A stretch of 64,000 nt of DNA, from the NCBI GenBank assembly GCA_963745235.1, contig CAVUXE010000009.1:32001-96000 (forward strand). The letters run 5' to 3'. The stretch's first letter is position 1; each line of letters begins with the position of its first letter. Positions 32,236 through 41,171 of the stretch are shown here, one piece after another. Source of the DNA: an uncultured Spirochaetota bacterium. GTDB taxonomy: Bacteria > Spirochaetota > Spirochaetia > SZUA-6 > Fen-1364. Below the pieces are notes generated by a model, which was not told the DNA's origin, did no database searches, and saw only the letters and a program-made list of their open reading frames with translations. Position numbers and translations under genes: made by a program.

Positions 32236-32559
32236 CTACTCTGTGATTTTGTACCTGCTGATCATGTCCGCAATTCGCTGGCGGATATGGGCATCCACAT
32301 CATCAAAGTGACGCCTGAGAATCGGAAGAAGCTCCTCACGCAGCGCCTTGCCCCGAACCATCCACTGGTAATAGTTCCTTCCACCGTGATGATACGGACC
32401 GTAGAGCTTGGAGCCGGCGATCTTCGCCTCCAGCCAGTGGAAAAGCTCCTCGTGTCTCGTGTGCATTCGCAACGTCACTTGGGGGTGAAGCCCGTCCCCG
32501 CCGAAGTGGCCCTCGCCGACGAGAATACCCATGAGGAAGCCTTCTTCGAAGTCGTTCAT
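32236..32559 (-). CDS. Small single-motif LAGLIDADG-like protein (107 aa)
   Basis: N-terminal helix EGFLMGILVGEGHF, then a beta-beta-alpha-beta-beta-alpha-like pattern (QVTLRM / ELFHWLE / GSKLY / YYQWMVRG / LLPIL). Confidence 0.7.
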   Translation of the reverse strand: MNDFEEGFLMGILVGEGHFGGDGLHPQVTLRMHTRHEELFHWLEAKIAGSKLYGPYHHGGRNYYQWMVRGKALREELLPILRRHFDDVDAHIRQRIADMISRYKITE

Positions 32560-32593
32560 TTTATCGATATACAGACTTGTTGTTTCACCGTCA

Positions 32594-32609
32594 AGTTGCA
32601 CGTGAAACG
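32594..32609. promoter_or_regulatory. parS-like site
   Basis: aGTTGCACGTGAAACg vs consensus TGTTTCACGTGAAACA (13/14 core match); extra half-site TGTTTCAC at 32581-32588; intergenic, origin-proximal, ~5 kb from parAB. Confidence 0.7.
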
Positions 32610-32660
32610 TCAGCGTGCCTAGTAATTGACTACGGGCAGGAAATGCCATCAAGGTTCTCT

Positions 32661-34181
32661 ATGCTCGTCCCAGTCTATCTCCTCGTTGTGATCCTCCTGC
32701 TCTTTCTGAATGGCTTTTTCGTGCTTGCGGAGTTCGCGGTAGTAAAGGTACGCCCAACGCAGATGGAGGCCCTTGCCGAAAAAGGGAACAGGCGCGCGAA
32801 GCTCGTCGAGCGCATCCAAACTCACCTTGATGAGTACCTTTCCGTTTGTCAGGTGGGGATTACCCTCGCCAGCATCGGTCTTGGGTTCGTGGGGCAGCCA
32901 GCGTTCGCAAGGCTGCTCGAGTCGCCGCTTCGACTGGCAGGGGTCTCTGCCGCTGGAGCCCATGTCACTTCCAATACCCTGGCTATAGCACTTGCCTACC
33001 TCGTCGTCTCGTTTCTTCATATCGTCATCGGTGAGCTGGTCCCAAAATCGGTTGCCATCAGAAAGACAGAAGGCGCCGCCCTGCTGACCGCCTACCCGAT
33101 GCTGGTCTTCCGGTACGTGTTCATCGTGCCGATCTGGGCTCTCAATTCCACGGTCAACGGGATCCTTCGGCTGTTTCGGCTTTCACCTTCAATCGGCCCG
33201 GGCATCCACAGCGAAGATGAGCTTCGGATCATTCTCGACCAGTCGCAGACGAGCGGAACGCTTTCCTTTCGCCGGCTCCTGCATCTGGAGAACGTCCTGG
33301 ACATGGGCACCCTTGTTGTCAGAAACGCCATGCGCGCCCGAAGACTCGTGAGGAGCCTCGGCGTCAACCAGACGGGGAAGGAAGTGGATGCGATCATCGC
33401 AGCCAATCGCTACTCCCGATATCCGCTGCTCGGGGATAACCCCGAGCGGCCCCTGGGCTACGTCCACATCAAGGACTTGTTTCTCGCGCAGCGCTCAGGC
33501 AGGCCCACAGATGAGCTGAAGGCGTTTGTCAGGCCCTGCTTGCTTTTCAAGGAGGAAGATTCCCTGGAGCAGCGGCTCTCCGAGATGCAGCGCAAGGCCT
33601 GCCACATGGCCCTGGTCTTCACCGCGGACGGCACGTGGAGCGGGATCCTCACACTGGAAGATGCCATCGAGGAAGTCATCGGGACCATCGAAGAGGAATA
33701 CCCGACCGAGCCCGCCATACGGCTTTCTGACCTTCTGACCCCGGAGCGCACGCTTCTGGATGTGGACGGAGACAGCATCATTTCGGCCTCGCGAAATGCG
33801 CTGGAACGAATCCAGGTGACAGCGCTTCCCGTGTCAAAAGAAGCAATCATGCTTTCGGTCGCTGAAAGGGAAAGGCTCGGGAGCAGCTACGTCGGAAGGC
33901 GGCTGGCAATCCCCCACGCCCGACTGAAGAGGCTCTCTGAGCCCATGGTGATTGTGGCTCGGCTCAAGAAGCCCATACCGGCTCCCGTTCCAGGAGAGGA
34001 CATCAACCTCATGTTCATCCTCCTGACCCCTGCGGATACGCCCCGCATCCACCAGATCCTTCTTTCTCATATCGCGGGAATCTTTGAAAGCGACTACCTG
34101 GAGGACCGGCTGGAGACGGCAACGTCATCCGCAGAGCTGCACAATGTCATCGTGACCGCGGAACAGGTTGTGCTGGGGTAG
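32661..34181 (+). CDS. CNNM/HlyC-family (DUF21 + CBS pair) Mg2+ transport protein fused to a C-terminal PTS EIIA domain
   Basis: LNGFFVLAEFA, QVGITLAS, GELVPK, YSRYP, GILTLED.IEE..G.I.EE, then RERLGSS...LAIPHAR. Confidence 0.85.
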   Translation: MLVPVYLLVVILLLFLNGFFVLAEFAVVKVRPTQMEALAEKGNRRAKLVERIQTHLDEYLSVCQVGITLASIGLGFVGQPAFARLLESPLRLAGVSAAGAHVTSNTLAIALAYLVVSFLHIVIGELVPKSVAIRKTEGAALLTAYPMLVFRYVFIVPIWALNSTVNGILRLFRLSPSIGPGIHSEDELRIILDQSQTSGTLSFRRLLHLENVLDMGTLVVRNAMRARRLVRSLGVNQTGKEVDAIIAANRYSRYPLLGDNPERPLGYVHIKDLFLAQRSGRPTDELKAFVRPCLLFKEEDSLEQRLSEMQRKACHMALVFTADGTWSGILTLEDAIEEVIGTIEEEYPTEPAIRLSDLLTPERTLLDVDGDSIISASRNALERIQVTALPVSKEAIMLSVAERERLGSSYVGRRLAIPHARLKRLSEPMVIVARLKKPIPAPVPGEDINLMFILLTPADTPRIHQILLSHIAGIFESDYLEDRLETATSSAELHNVIVTAEQVVLG

Positions 34182-34203
34182 CTTTCGCCGGCTGACACCC
34201 TGG

Positions 34204-34893
34204 CTACCTGAGAGCCGCCGGCAGTCCCATCGCGCTGAGCCGGCTCCGCGCCTGTTCGAGTTTCTCCCGTGAAGTTCGAGGAAGGAGAACGACCCGTGGG
34301 TCGATTGCCTTGGAGGGCTCGAAGGGCTGCACCAGAAAGAGCCTGCAGCCTCGAGCAAGCTCAGCCACGCCCGTCATATCGTCCAACGCCACGAAGGGTT
34401 CGATAAAAGTCATTCGTAGCTCATGCGGAAGCCCGGAAGAAATGACGAGCTCGACGCTTCGTCTGAGGGCGGCGGTGTCCACCGACGCTCCCGCGGCCCG
34501 CTCATACGAGTCGGGTGACGACTTGATGTCGATTGCAACATAGTCCAGGAGACCTTCGCGGCAGAGCTGATCGATCATTTCAGGGGCGCTGCCGTTGGTG
34601 TCCAACTTTATGAAGAAACCAAGCCGCCTGATTCTGCGCAGCAGGTCGGGGAGGTCTGCGTGAACAGTCGGCTCGCCTCCAGTGACCACCACTCCCTCCA
34701 GCCGCGCAACTCTGCTCGCAAGAAAAGAGAAGACCTCCGCCTCGGGGATCGGCTCGGCGTAGAGACTCGGGTCCACAAGCTCAGGGTTGTGGCAGTAGGG
34801 GCAGCGAAAGTTGCAGCCCCGCGTGAACAGGACGGCCGCCAGGCGCCCGGGAAAATCGGCAAGAGTGAGCTTTTGCAGCCCCCCAATGACCAT
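34204..34893 (-). CDS. nrdG: Anaerobic ribonucleotide reductase activase (radical SAM)
   Basis: CNFRCPYC, TGGEPT, KLDTNG; downstream of nrdD. Confidence 0.92.
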   Translation of the reverse strand: MVIGGLQKLTLADFPGRLAAVLFTRGCNFRCPYCHNPELVDPSLYAEPIPEAEVFSFLASRVARLEGVVVTGGEPTVHADLPDLLRRIRRLGFFIKLDTNGSAPEMIDQLCREGLLDYVAIDIKSSPDSYERAAGASVDTAALRRSVELVISSGLPHELRMTFIEPFVALDDMTGVAELARGCRLFLVQPFEPSKAIDPRVVLLPRTSREKLEQARSRLSAMGLPAALR

Positions 34894-34906
34894 CTCAGTG
34901 TCGCGG

Positions 34907-37063
34907 TTATCCCAGCTTGAAGGTCTTGCGTTCTTTGAACTCTTCAGCTTTCCCCTCATTCCACTGGTTGACCGGCCGAAGGTACCCGACGACCCGGGAA
35001 TACACTTCTGCGGACGCTCCGCAATGGGGGCAATTCTCCTGCCTGCCGGACAGGTAGCCGTGCACGGGGCAGATACTGAAGGTTGGGGTCACGGTGAAAT
35101 AGGGGAGGTGGTAACGCTCGCAGATGAGCTTCACGAGCTTCCTCACGTTGTCGGGGTTTGTGATTTCCTCACCGACGAAGAGGTGAAGAACAGTGCCGCC
35201 AGTATACTTTGTTTGAAGGTCATCCTGCAGGTCCAGGACCTCGAAGAGGTCATCCGAGTACTGCACAGGGAGCTGCGAGGAGTTCGTGTAAAACGGGAGG
35301 CGCGCACCGGCCCCTTCTTTCTCCGCGGAATCCGCGGTCTGCCCATTCCCCGAGAGGATGCCCGGGAACTTCTCCGCATCTATTCTCGCAAGGCGATACG
35401 ATGTGCCTTCCGCGGGAGTCGCCTCCAGGTTGTAGTTGTTTCCCGTCTGCTCCTGGTAGGTGAGAAGCCTGTCCCGCATGAAGTCAAGGACGCGTTGGGC
35501 GAAAAGCTGGCCCTTTTCAGCGCCGATGTTCGTGCCCAGCAGGTTGGTGCATGCCTCGTTCAGTCCGACGAGGCCGATGGTGGAAAAGTGGTTTTTCCAG
35601 TAGTGACCAAACCTCTCGCGGATCCCCCGCAGGTAGTGCTTCGTGTACGGGTAGAGGTTGTTCTCCGTGAACCTCTCCAGCACCTTTCTCTTGATCTCCA
35701 GAGAATCCCGGCCAAGGTCCATCAGGTCCGAGAGGCGCTCGAGGAACTCCCCCTCATCTGCTGACAGGTAGCCGAGGCGCGGCATGTTGATGGTCACCAC
35801 TCCGATTGACCCGGTCAGCGGGTTGGCGCCAAAAAGGCCGCCCCCGCGTTTTTCCAGTCCTCGCAGGTCCAGCCGCAGTCTGCAGCACATGGACCTTGCG
35901 TCCTCCGGCGACATGTCGGAGTTCACGAAGTTGGAGAAGTATGGGATGCCGTAGCGGGCGGTCACGCGCCAGAGGACATCGAGGACGGGGTCATCCCAGG
36001 GAAAGTCCCGCGTGATGTTGTAGGTGGGAATGGGGAACGTGAACACGCGACCCTTCGCGTCACCCTCCGAGAGAACTTCCAGGAAGGCCCGGTTGAAGAT
36101 CTCCAACTCCTGCTGAAACTCGCCGTATGTCTCTTCGCGGTACTCACCGCCGAAGATAACGGGCTTGTCCAGCATCATGGCGGGCACCCTGAGGTCCATG
36201 GTGATGTTGGTAAAGGGAGTCTGGAAGCCCACACGCGTGGGCACGTTGATGTTGAAGACGAACTCCTGCAGGGCCTGCTTCACCTCCTCGTAGCTCAGGG
36301 AGTCGAAGCGGATGAAAGGGGCAAGAAGCGTGTCGAAATGAGAGAACGCCTGCGCCCCGGCGGCTTCTCCCTGAAGCGTATAGAAGAAGTTCACTACCTG
36401 GCCGAGGGCGCTTCGCAGGTGCCTTGCGGGGCGGCTTTCAACCTTTCCCGGGGCACCAAGAAATCCCTGCATGAGCAGGTCTTCCAGGTCCCAGCCAACG
36501 CAGTACACGGAGAGGATCCCCAGGTCATGGATGTGAAAGTCCCCGTCAGTATGAGCAAGCCGGATCTCGGGAGGGTAGATCTTGTTCAGCCAGTAGATCT
36601 TGCTGATCTCGGAAGACACGTAGTTGTTCAGCCCCTGGAGCGAGTAGGCCATGTTGGAGTTCTCGTTGACCTGCCAGTCTTCCCGCTCGATGTACCTGTC
36701 GATGAGGTCCACGTCCGCACGGGAAACGATCTCCCTGATCCGTGCGTGCTGCTCACGGTAAATGATGTAGGCCTTTGCCGTGCGCTTGTATTGCGAGGAA
36801 AGAAGCACCTCCTCCACCGTGTCCTGGATCTGCTCCACGGAGGGGATTTCTCCGGGGAGCGCCTGGTGAGCCAGGTTGAGGATCCGCAGGGTCAGCCTCT
36901 GCGCCGCCTCTTCCCCGAACTCGCCGGTGGCTTCCCCGGCGCGGCTGATTGCTGCAGTGATCTTCTCAGGCCTGAAAGGGACTATGGCGCCATTCCGCTT
37001 TTTGATTGAGACAAACACGAGTTTCCCCTCCCAAGGATTTCGTTGCGGTCGATGACCGGCCAC
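34907..37063 (-). CDS. nrdD: Class III ribonucleoside-triphosphate reductase with ATP cone (start probably ~37018)
   Basis: KKRNG..F...KI, ENSN, SMCCRL, EATPAE, CPVH..CPHC, glycyl loop YSRVVGYL. Confidence 0.95.
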   Translation of the reverse strand: MAGHRPQRNPWEGKLVFVSIKKRNGAIVPFRPEKITAAISRAGEATGEFGEEAAQRLTLRILNLAHQALPGEIPSVEQIQDTVEEVLLSSQYKRTAKAYIIYREQHARIREIVSRADVDLIDRYIEREDWQVNENSNMAYSLQGLNNYVSSEISKIYWLNKIYPPEIRLAHTDGDFHIHDLGILSVYCVGWDLEDLLMQGFLGAPGKVESRPARHLRSALGQVVNFFYTLQGEAAGAQAFSHFDTLLAPFIRFDSLSYEEVKQALQEFVFNINVPTRVGFQTPFTNITMDLRVPAMMLDKPVIFGGEYREETYGEFQQELEIFNRAFLEVLSEGDAKGRVFTFPIPTYNITRDFPWDDPVLDVLWRVTARYGIPYFSNFVNSDMSPEDARSMCCRLRLDLRGLEKRGGGLFGANPLTGSIGVVTINMPRLGYLSADEGEFLERLSDLMDLGRDSLEIKRKVLERFTENNLYPYTKHYLRGIRERFGHYWKNHFSTIGLVGLNEACTNLLGTNIGAEKGQLFAQRVLDFMRDRLLTYQEQTGNNYNLEATPAEGTSYRLARIDAEKFPGILSGNGQTADSAEKEGAGARLPFYTNSSQLPVQYSDDLFEVLDLQDDLQTKYTGGTVLHLFVGEEITNPDNVRKLVKLICERYHLPYFTVTPTFSICPVHGYLSGRQENCPHCGASAEVYSRVVGYLRPVNQWNEGKAEEFKERKTFKLG

Positions 37064-37202
37064 TGGTATATCTCATGCGAACAGGCAACGCAAGCCCTGT
37101 CAGTTTTTTTTCGACGAACGGCAAAATATGGTAACGCATGTGTAGCGAAAGTTCGCCGCGTCATATTGTAAGCAGGGGTGAAAAGGAGTATTCCTGAGGG
37201 CG

Positions 37203-37958
37203 ATGGCAAAGATCATAGTTTTTGCAAACCAGAAGGGAGGAGTCGGGAAGACCACCACGGCTGTCAACCTCGGCGCTTACCTGGCAGAAGCCGGCAAGAA
37301 GGTTCTCCTTGTCGATTTCGACCCTCAGAGCAACACCTCCAGCAGCGTCGGTGCAAAGAAGGATCTCCCCGGTATCTACGAGGTCATAACAGGAAGCATC
37401 GAGCCCTCCGCCGCCATCCAGACCTGTTCGGTTCCCAATCTCTCCATCATTCCGTCCAGCATCAACCTGACGGGGGCGACTGTTGAGCTGGTGGATGAGA
37501 AGGAGCGGGAGTATTTCCTCAAACGGTCCTTGCGTACCCTCTCTCCCGGGTTCGACTACATCTTCATCGACTGTCCGCCTTCGCTGGGGCTCCTGACTTT
37601 GAACGGGCTCGTTGCGGCTGATTTCGTCATCATCCCGCTGCAGTGCGAATATTTTGCCCTCGAAGGACTGAGCCTTCTCCTCCAGACCGTCAACAGGGTG
37701 CAGAAGAGCCTGAATCCCGAGCTGAAGATTGGCGGCATCCTCTTCACCATGTACGACGTACGGACCAGGCTTGCCCACGAGATAGTCCAGGAAGTGACGG
37801 GTTATTTCAAGGACAAGGTTTTCCGCACAATCATCCCGCGCAACGTGCGGCTCAGTGAGGCCCCATCGTTTGCGAAGCCTATCAGCCAGTACGACCCGGA
37901 GTGCATCGGCGCCCGCAGCTACCAGAAGCTCGCGGAGGAGGTCCTCCTCAATGTCTAA
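37203..37958 (+). CDS. parA: Chromosome partitioning ATPase ParA/Soj
   Basis: NQKGGVGKTT, DCPPSLG, QCEYFALEG, IPRNVRLSEAPS. Confidence 0.96.
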   Translation: MAKIIVFANQKGGVGKTTTAVNLGAYLAEAGKKVLLVDFDPQSNTSSSVGAKKDLPGIYEVITGSIEPSAAIQTCSVPNLSIIPSSINLTGATVELVDEKEREYFLKRSLRTLSPGFDYIFIDCPPSLGLLTLNGLVAADFVIIPLQCEYFALEGLSLLLQTVNRVQKSLNPELKIGGILFTMYDVRTRLAHEIVQEVTGYFKDKVFRTIIPRNVRLSEAPSFAKPISQYDPECIGARSYQKLAEEVLLNV

Positions 37959-38811
37959 GAAGGTCCTGGGCAAGGGAATCGGCGCCCTGCTCGGCGATGA
38001 GGGGGACGTTGATCCTTCCTTCGTGTCCGAGGTGTCGGTATCCGCCCTGAAGCCCAATCCGCAGCAGCCGCGGAAGGAGTTCGATGAGACAGCGCTTCGA
38101 GAGCTGGCGGACTCCATCCGGCAGAAAGGCGTCTTGCAGCCCATCCTTGCAGAGCCGTCGAGGGACGGAACGTACGTCATCGTGGCTGGAGAGAGACGAG
38201 TGCGCGCCGCGCGGCTGGCGGGTCTTGAGAAAGTGCCCGTCCTTGTCCGGCAGTTCAGCACCGACGAGAAGCTGGAGATTGCCCTTATTGAGAACATCCA
38301 GCGTGAGGATCTCAATCCAATCGAAGAGGCCCTGGCATACCGAAAGCTGATGGAAATAGCCGGTCTGAATCAGGAGCAGATTGCAAGCAGGGTCGGGAAG
38401 GACAGGTCGACCGTCGCGAACACCCTGCGCCTGCTCAAGCTTCCTGATGAGGCACAAGGCGCGCTGGAAAAGGGCGCCCTCAGCCCCGGTCACGCCCGCG
38501 CAATACTCTCCCTGGTCAACCCCGCAGACCAGCAGCTGCTCTTCAGGCGGATCGTGGAAAAAGGCATTTCCGTGAGAGAGGCGGAGGAGCTGGCAACTGC
38601 CTTCTCCGCTGGAAAGCGGCAGGCCGGAAAATCACGGCGCGCACAAGCAGCCTCTTCGCGCAAGGACCCGGAAGTGAGGGAGATCGAGCAGAAGCTCATA
38701 GAGAAACTCGGCACAAAGGTCGACCTCAAGGGTAACGGCAGGAAAGGGCGCATCGAGATCTCCTACTACTCCGTGGAGGATCTCGAGAGGCTCGTGGACC
38801 TCATCCTGTAG
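37951..38811 (+). CDS. parB: Chromosome partitioning protein ParB/Spo0J
   Basis: LGKGIGALL, QPRKEF, AGERR, ENIQREDL, HTH KDRSTVANTLRLL. Confidence 0.96.
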   Translation: MSKKVLGKGIGALLGDEGDVDPSFVSEVSVSALKPNPQQPRKEFDETALRELADSIRQKGVLQPILAEPSRDGTYVIVAGERRVRAARLAGLEKVPVLVRQFSTDEKLEIALIENIQREDLNPIEEALAYRKLMEIAGLNQEQIASRVGKDRSTVANTLRLLKLPDEAQGALEKGALSPGHARAILSLVNPADQQLLFRRIVEKGISVREAEELATAFSAGKRQAGKSRRAQAASSRKDPEVREIEQKLIEKLGTKVDLKGNGRKGRIEISYYSVEDLERLVDLIL

Positions 38812-38991
38812 CTTCGCGCCGCAGGCACAGCGCCGAATCCCGTGCCGATGGGTCAGTAATTCCTCAGAGAGGCCGGTACGGTCCCCGCAAGCCATGTGGA
38901 TTGGTCTTGACGGTTGGCACGAGGGGGGTATCATAAGAGGAAAGCGTGCGCTCCTGCTGGAACAGTTTCATGGAAAATAGGAAGGCCGGTC

Positions 38992-39561
38992 GTGAAAATC
39001 CTGAAAGCTTTTCCACTGGTTGCTGTTGTCGCTCTCCTCTCCTGCGCGGGGATTCCAAAGCCAGAAAGTCCTGAGGACTCTCTGGTCGTCGGCTCTTTGG
39101 TCTTGGATTTCCCGGACGGTTTCTTCGGTTTTCCGTCGCGTACCATCGCATCCGGCATCGAATTGACCATAGTCAACACCACCCAGAACTATTCGTTTTC
39201 GGTCCGAACCGGGCCGGATGGCTACTACTCCTTTGGCAGCAACGGCCATGATTGCTTCTCCCTTGCGAGCTTTCACTATGAAGAGAAGGTGTTGTCATGG
39301 GAGAGAGTGACCCTGGAGAACAAGCTCGAAGTGCCGATAACACTGAATCCGGGAACGGTCCGCTACGTTGGGAGACTGACAATCACTTTCGCCCGTCCCC
39401 AAAGGTCAAATGTCGAGGCGGGGCGGGCAACCCTGTGGGACTACGACGCATCGATTGCTTGTGCGAACTGCAAAGGCGACATGACGGAATACATCAAGTC
39501 AATGGATCCGGAGAGCCCATGGCTTTCTCGTGACGTCGATGACCTGATGGTGATCCGTTGA
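38992..39561 (+). CDS. Hypothetical lipoprotein
   Basis: GTG start, lipobox LLSC, beta-rich body; upstream TTGACG-16-TATCAT. Confidence 0.65.
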   Translation: MKILKAFPLVAVVALLSCAGIPKPESPEDSLVVGSLVLDFPDGFFGFPSRTIASGIELTIVNTTQNYSFSVRTGPDGYYSFGSNGHDCFSLASFHYEEKVLSWERVTLENKLEVPITLNPGTVRYVGRLTITFARPQRSNVEAGRATLWDYDASIACANCKGDMTEYIKSMDPESPWLSRDVDDLMVIR

Positions 39562-39579
39562 GCCGCGAAGGCTTGTGCC

Positions 39580-40221
39580 ATGAGAAAAATACTTTTCTCC
39601 CTTATCTTCCTCTCAGGCATTCTCGGCGCGCGCGCCAACGCCGGCGCCTTTTTCAATGCAACTGAGATCTGGGGCTCCATGTCCTTTGGCAGTCTCCTTT
39701 CGGGATTTCAATTGGACATGCCCCGTCAGACCCTCTCGCCGGCTCCCGACAACTGCTCAGCCATAATGCCGATGCTCGGCATCAGAAGCTACCTTGTCGG
39801 TCCCATCGGGCTCGAGGCGTCCGCAGGGTTCGGCATGACGACCGCCAACTTCAGCGGCGGGTATTCGGCCATCAGGATGTATGACTTCACCATGGTGAAC
39901 CTGGGTTTCGTTGGGAGATACGCATTCCGGTTGCCGGGCAGCAGGACCGGTTGCGCTATCCTCGCCGGGGCTGGAGCGGATTATTCTTTCCTCTCTCTTG
40001 CCGACGCGTACACCTCCCTGTTCAGCGGATTCTCCTTCTACAAGGTGCTGTCAGACATGGGGTGGTACGCAAAGACAGGCATCTCCTGGTACCCGACGCC
40101 TGGATTTTTCCTGGAGGCAGACGCCTGCTACTATTACGTCAACGCGAGGTTCGACGTCAGCGGGAAGCAGCTCGATGGGGGATACCTTCTCGCGGCCATG
40201 TCCCTGGGATTCGCCTTCTGA
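39580..40221 (+). CDS. Putative outer-membrane beta-barrel protein
   Basis: Signal peptide (ANA), alternating aromatic/Gly strands, terminal SLGFAF. Confidence 0.65.
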   Translation: MRKILFSLIFLSGILGARANAGAFFNATEIWGSMSFGSLLSGFQLDMPRQTLSPAPDNCSAIMPMLGIRSYLVGPIGLEASAGFGMTTANFSGGYSAIRMYDFTMVNLGFVGRYAFRLPGSRTGCAILAGAGADYSFLSLADAYTSLFSGFSFYKVLSDMGWYAKTGISWYPTPGFFLEADACYYYVNARFDVSGKQLDGGYLLAAMSLGFAF

Positions 40222-40272
40222 CCGGCAGGCTTTCTATCAGACAGATCGGTCTTGCCCGAGACGCGCGTTTTG

Positions 40273-40301
40273 TTGACAAAGCCCAGGGCCGTGAGTATAG
40301 T
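40273..40301 (+). promoter_or_regulatory. Near-consensus sigma70 promoter of the tRNA cluster
   Basis: TTGACA-17 bp-TATAGT. Confidence 0.85.
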
Positions 40302-40381
40302 GGCAAATGCCAGTAAAGCGTGAAGGTGGCGACTCAGATGGGCAATTGTGGCCTGCAAGCCGTCACGCTTCCATGCGCTTG

Positions 40382-40468
40382 GGAGAGGTGTCCGAGTGGT
40401 CGAAGGAGGCGGTCTTGAAAACCGTTGAGCCGCTTGCGGTTCCGGGGGTTCGAATCCCTCCCTCTCCG
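40382..40468 (+). tRNA. tRNA-Ser(TGA)
   Basis: GGAGAGG/CCTCTCC acceptor, CT-TGA-AA loop, long variable arm, G73. Confidence 0.95.
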
Positions 40469-40565
40469 GTCACGTTTCCCTTGCCCCGCCATGCCGCTCG
40501 TGAGAGGACCAAGCTGACCCTTTTCGTGTGAACCGGGGATGCCGTCCTGGGGGGTGCTGGAAAAG

Positions 40566-40653
<88 letters not shown>

Positions 40654-40697
40654 TAGGTCGAGCAAGGTACACGGAAGTACGGAGGCGAGACCACCAT

Positions 40698-40772
40698 GTG
40701 CCCATAGCTCAGCCTGGATAGAGCATTAGACTGCGGATCTAAAGGTCGGAGGTTCGAATCCTCTTGGGCACG
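40698..40772 (+). tRNA. tRNA-Arg(GCG)
   Basis: GTGCCCA/TGGGCAC acceptor, TTAGA-CT-GCG-GA-TCTAA anticodon arm. Confidence 0.93.
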
Positions 40773-40837
40773 AAGAGCTCGGTCGCCTCCCGCGTGATGA
40801 TGCGGGGGGACGACCGCGCGTTGTTTTGGAGCCCCTC

Positions 40838-41171
40838 GCTCCGTCCGTGGAGCTCGGTCGGCTCTGGTACGTCACTGTACTTCGCCGACCTCGACCCATC
40901 CTGGGTTGGATGCGCGTCTGCTTGTACATCCTTGTACGCAGCCGCGCTCGCGCCGTCCTGGCGCTCGGAGAGATGCGAGAGCGGTCGAATCGGGCGGTCT
41001 CGAAAACCGTTGAGCCGCTTGCGGCTCCGTGGGTTCGAATCCCACTCTCTCCGCTTGCGATTTTGATGCACCATGGAGGTGCTTGGGCAGCCGCCCTTGC
41101 TCCATCCATGGCGCTGGGGCGTCTGCCTGTACATCCCTGTACGCAGCCGCCCTTGCTCCATCCGTGGAGCT
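40838..41171. repeat. Dispersed short palindromic repeats with C(A/G)TCC(N)TG loops in the tRNA spacers
   Basis: Hairpins at 40838, 40867, 40893, 40924, 40950, 41099, 41129, 41155; near-identical ~31-mers cgtctgc(t/c)tgtacatcc(t/c)tgtacgcagccgc at ~40915 and ~41120. Confidence 0.8.
40967..41053 (+). tRNA. tRNA-Ser(CGA)
   Basis: GGAGAGA/TCTCTCC acceptor, CT-CGA-AA loop, long variable arm. Confidence 0.95.

Noticed and set aside
37060-37140. Candidate NrdR boxes upstream of nrdD (e.g. CAAAATATGG)
   Set aside because: Only a partial match and no clear tandem pair at the expected spacing
38829-38885. GCCGAATCC…GGTACGG resembling a c-di-AMP (ydaO) riboswitch
   Set aside because: The downstream conserved elements (GGAACC, UGGGG, CCCG..CAGCUAAC) are absent
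40780-41171. tRNA-spacer repeats as a CRISPR array or integration attachment sites
   Set aside because: No constant repeat-spacer period, no cas or integrase genes, and no duplicated tRNA 3' end
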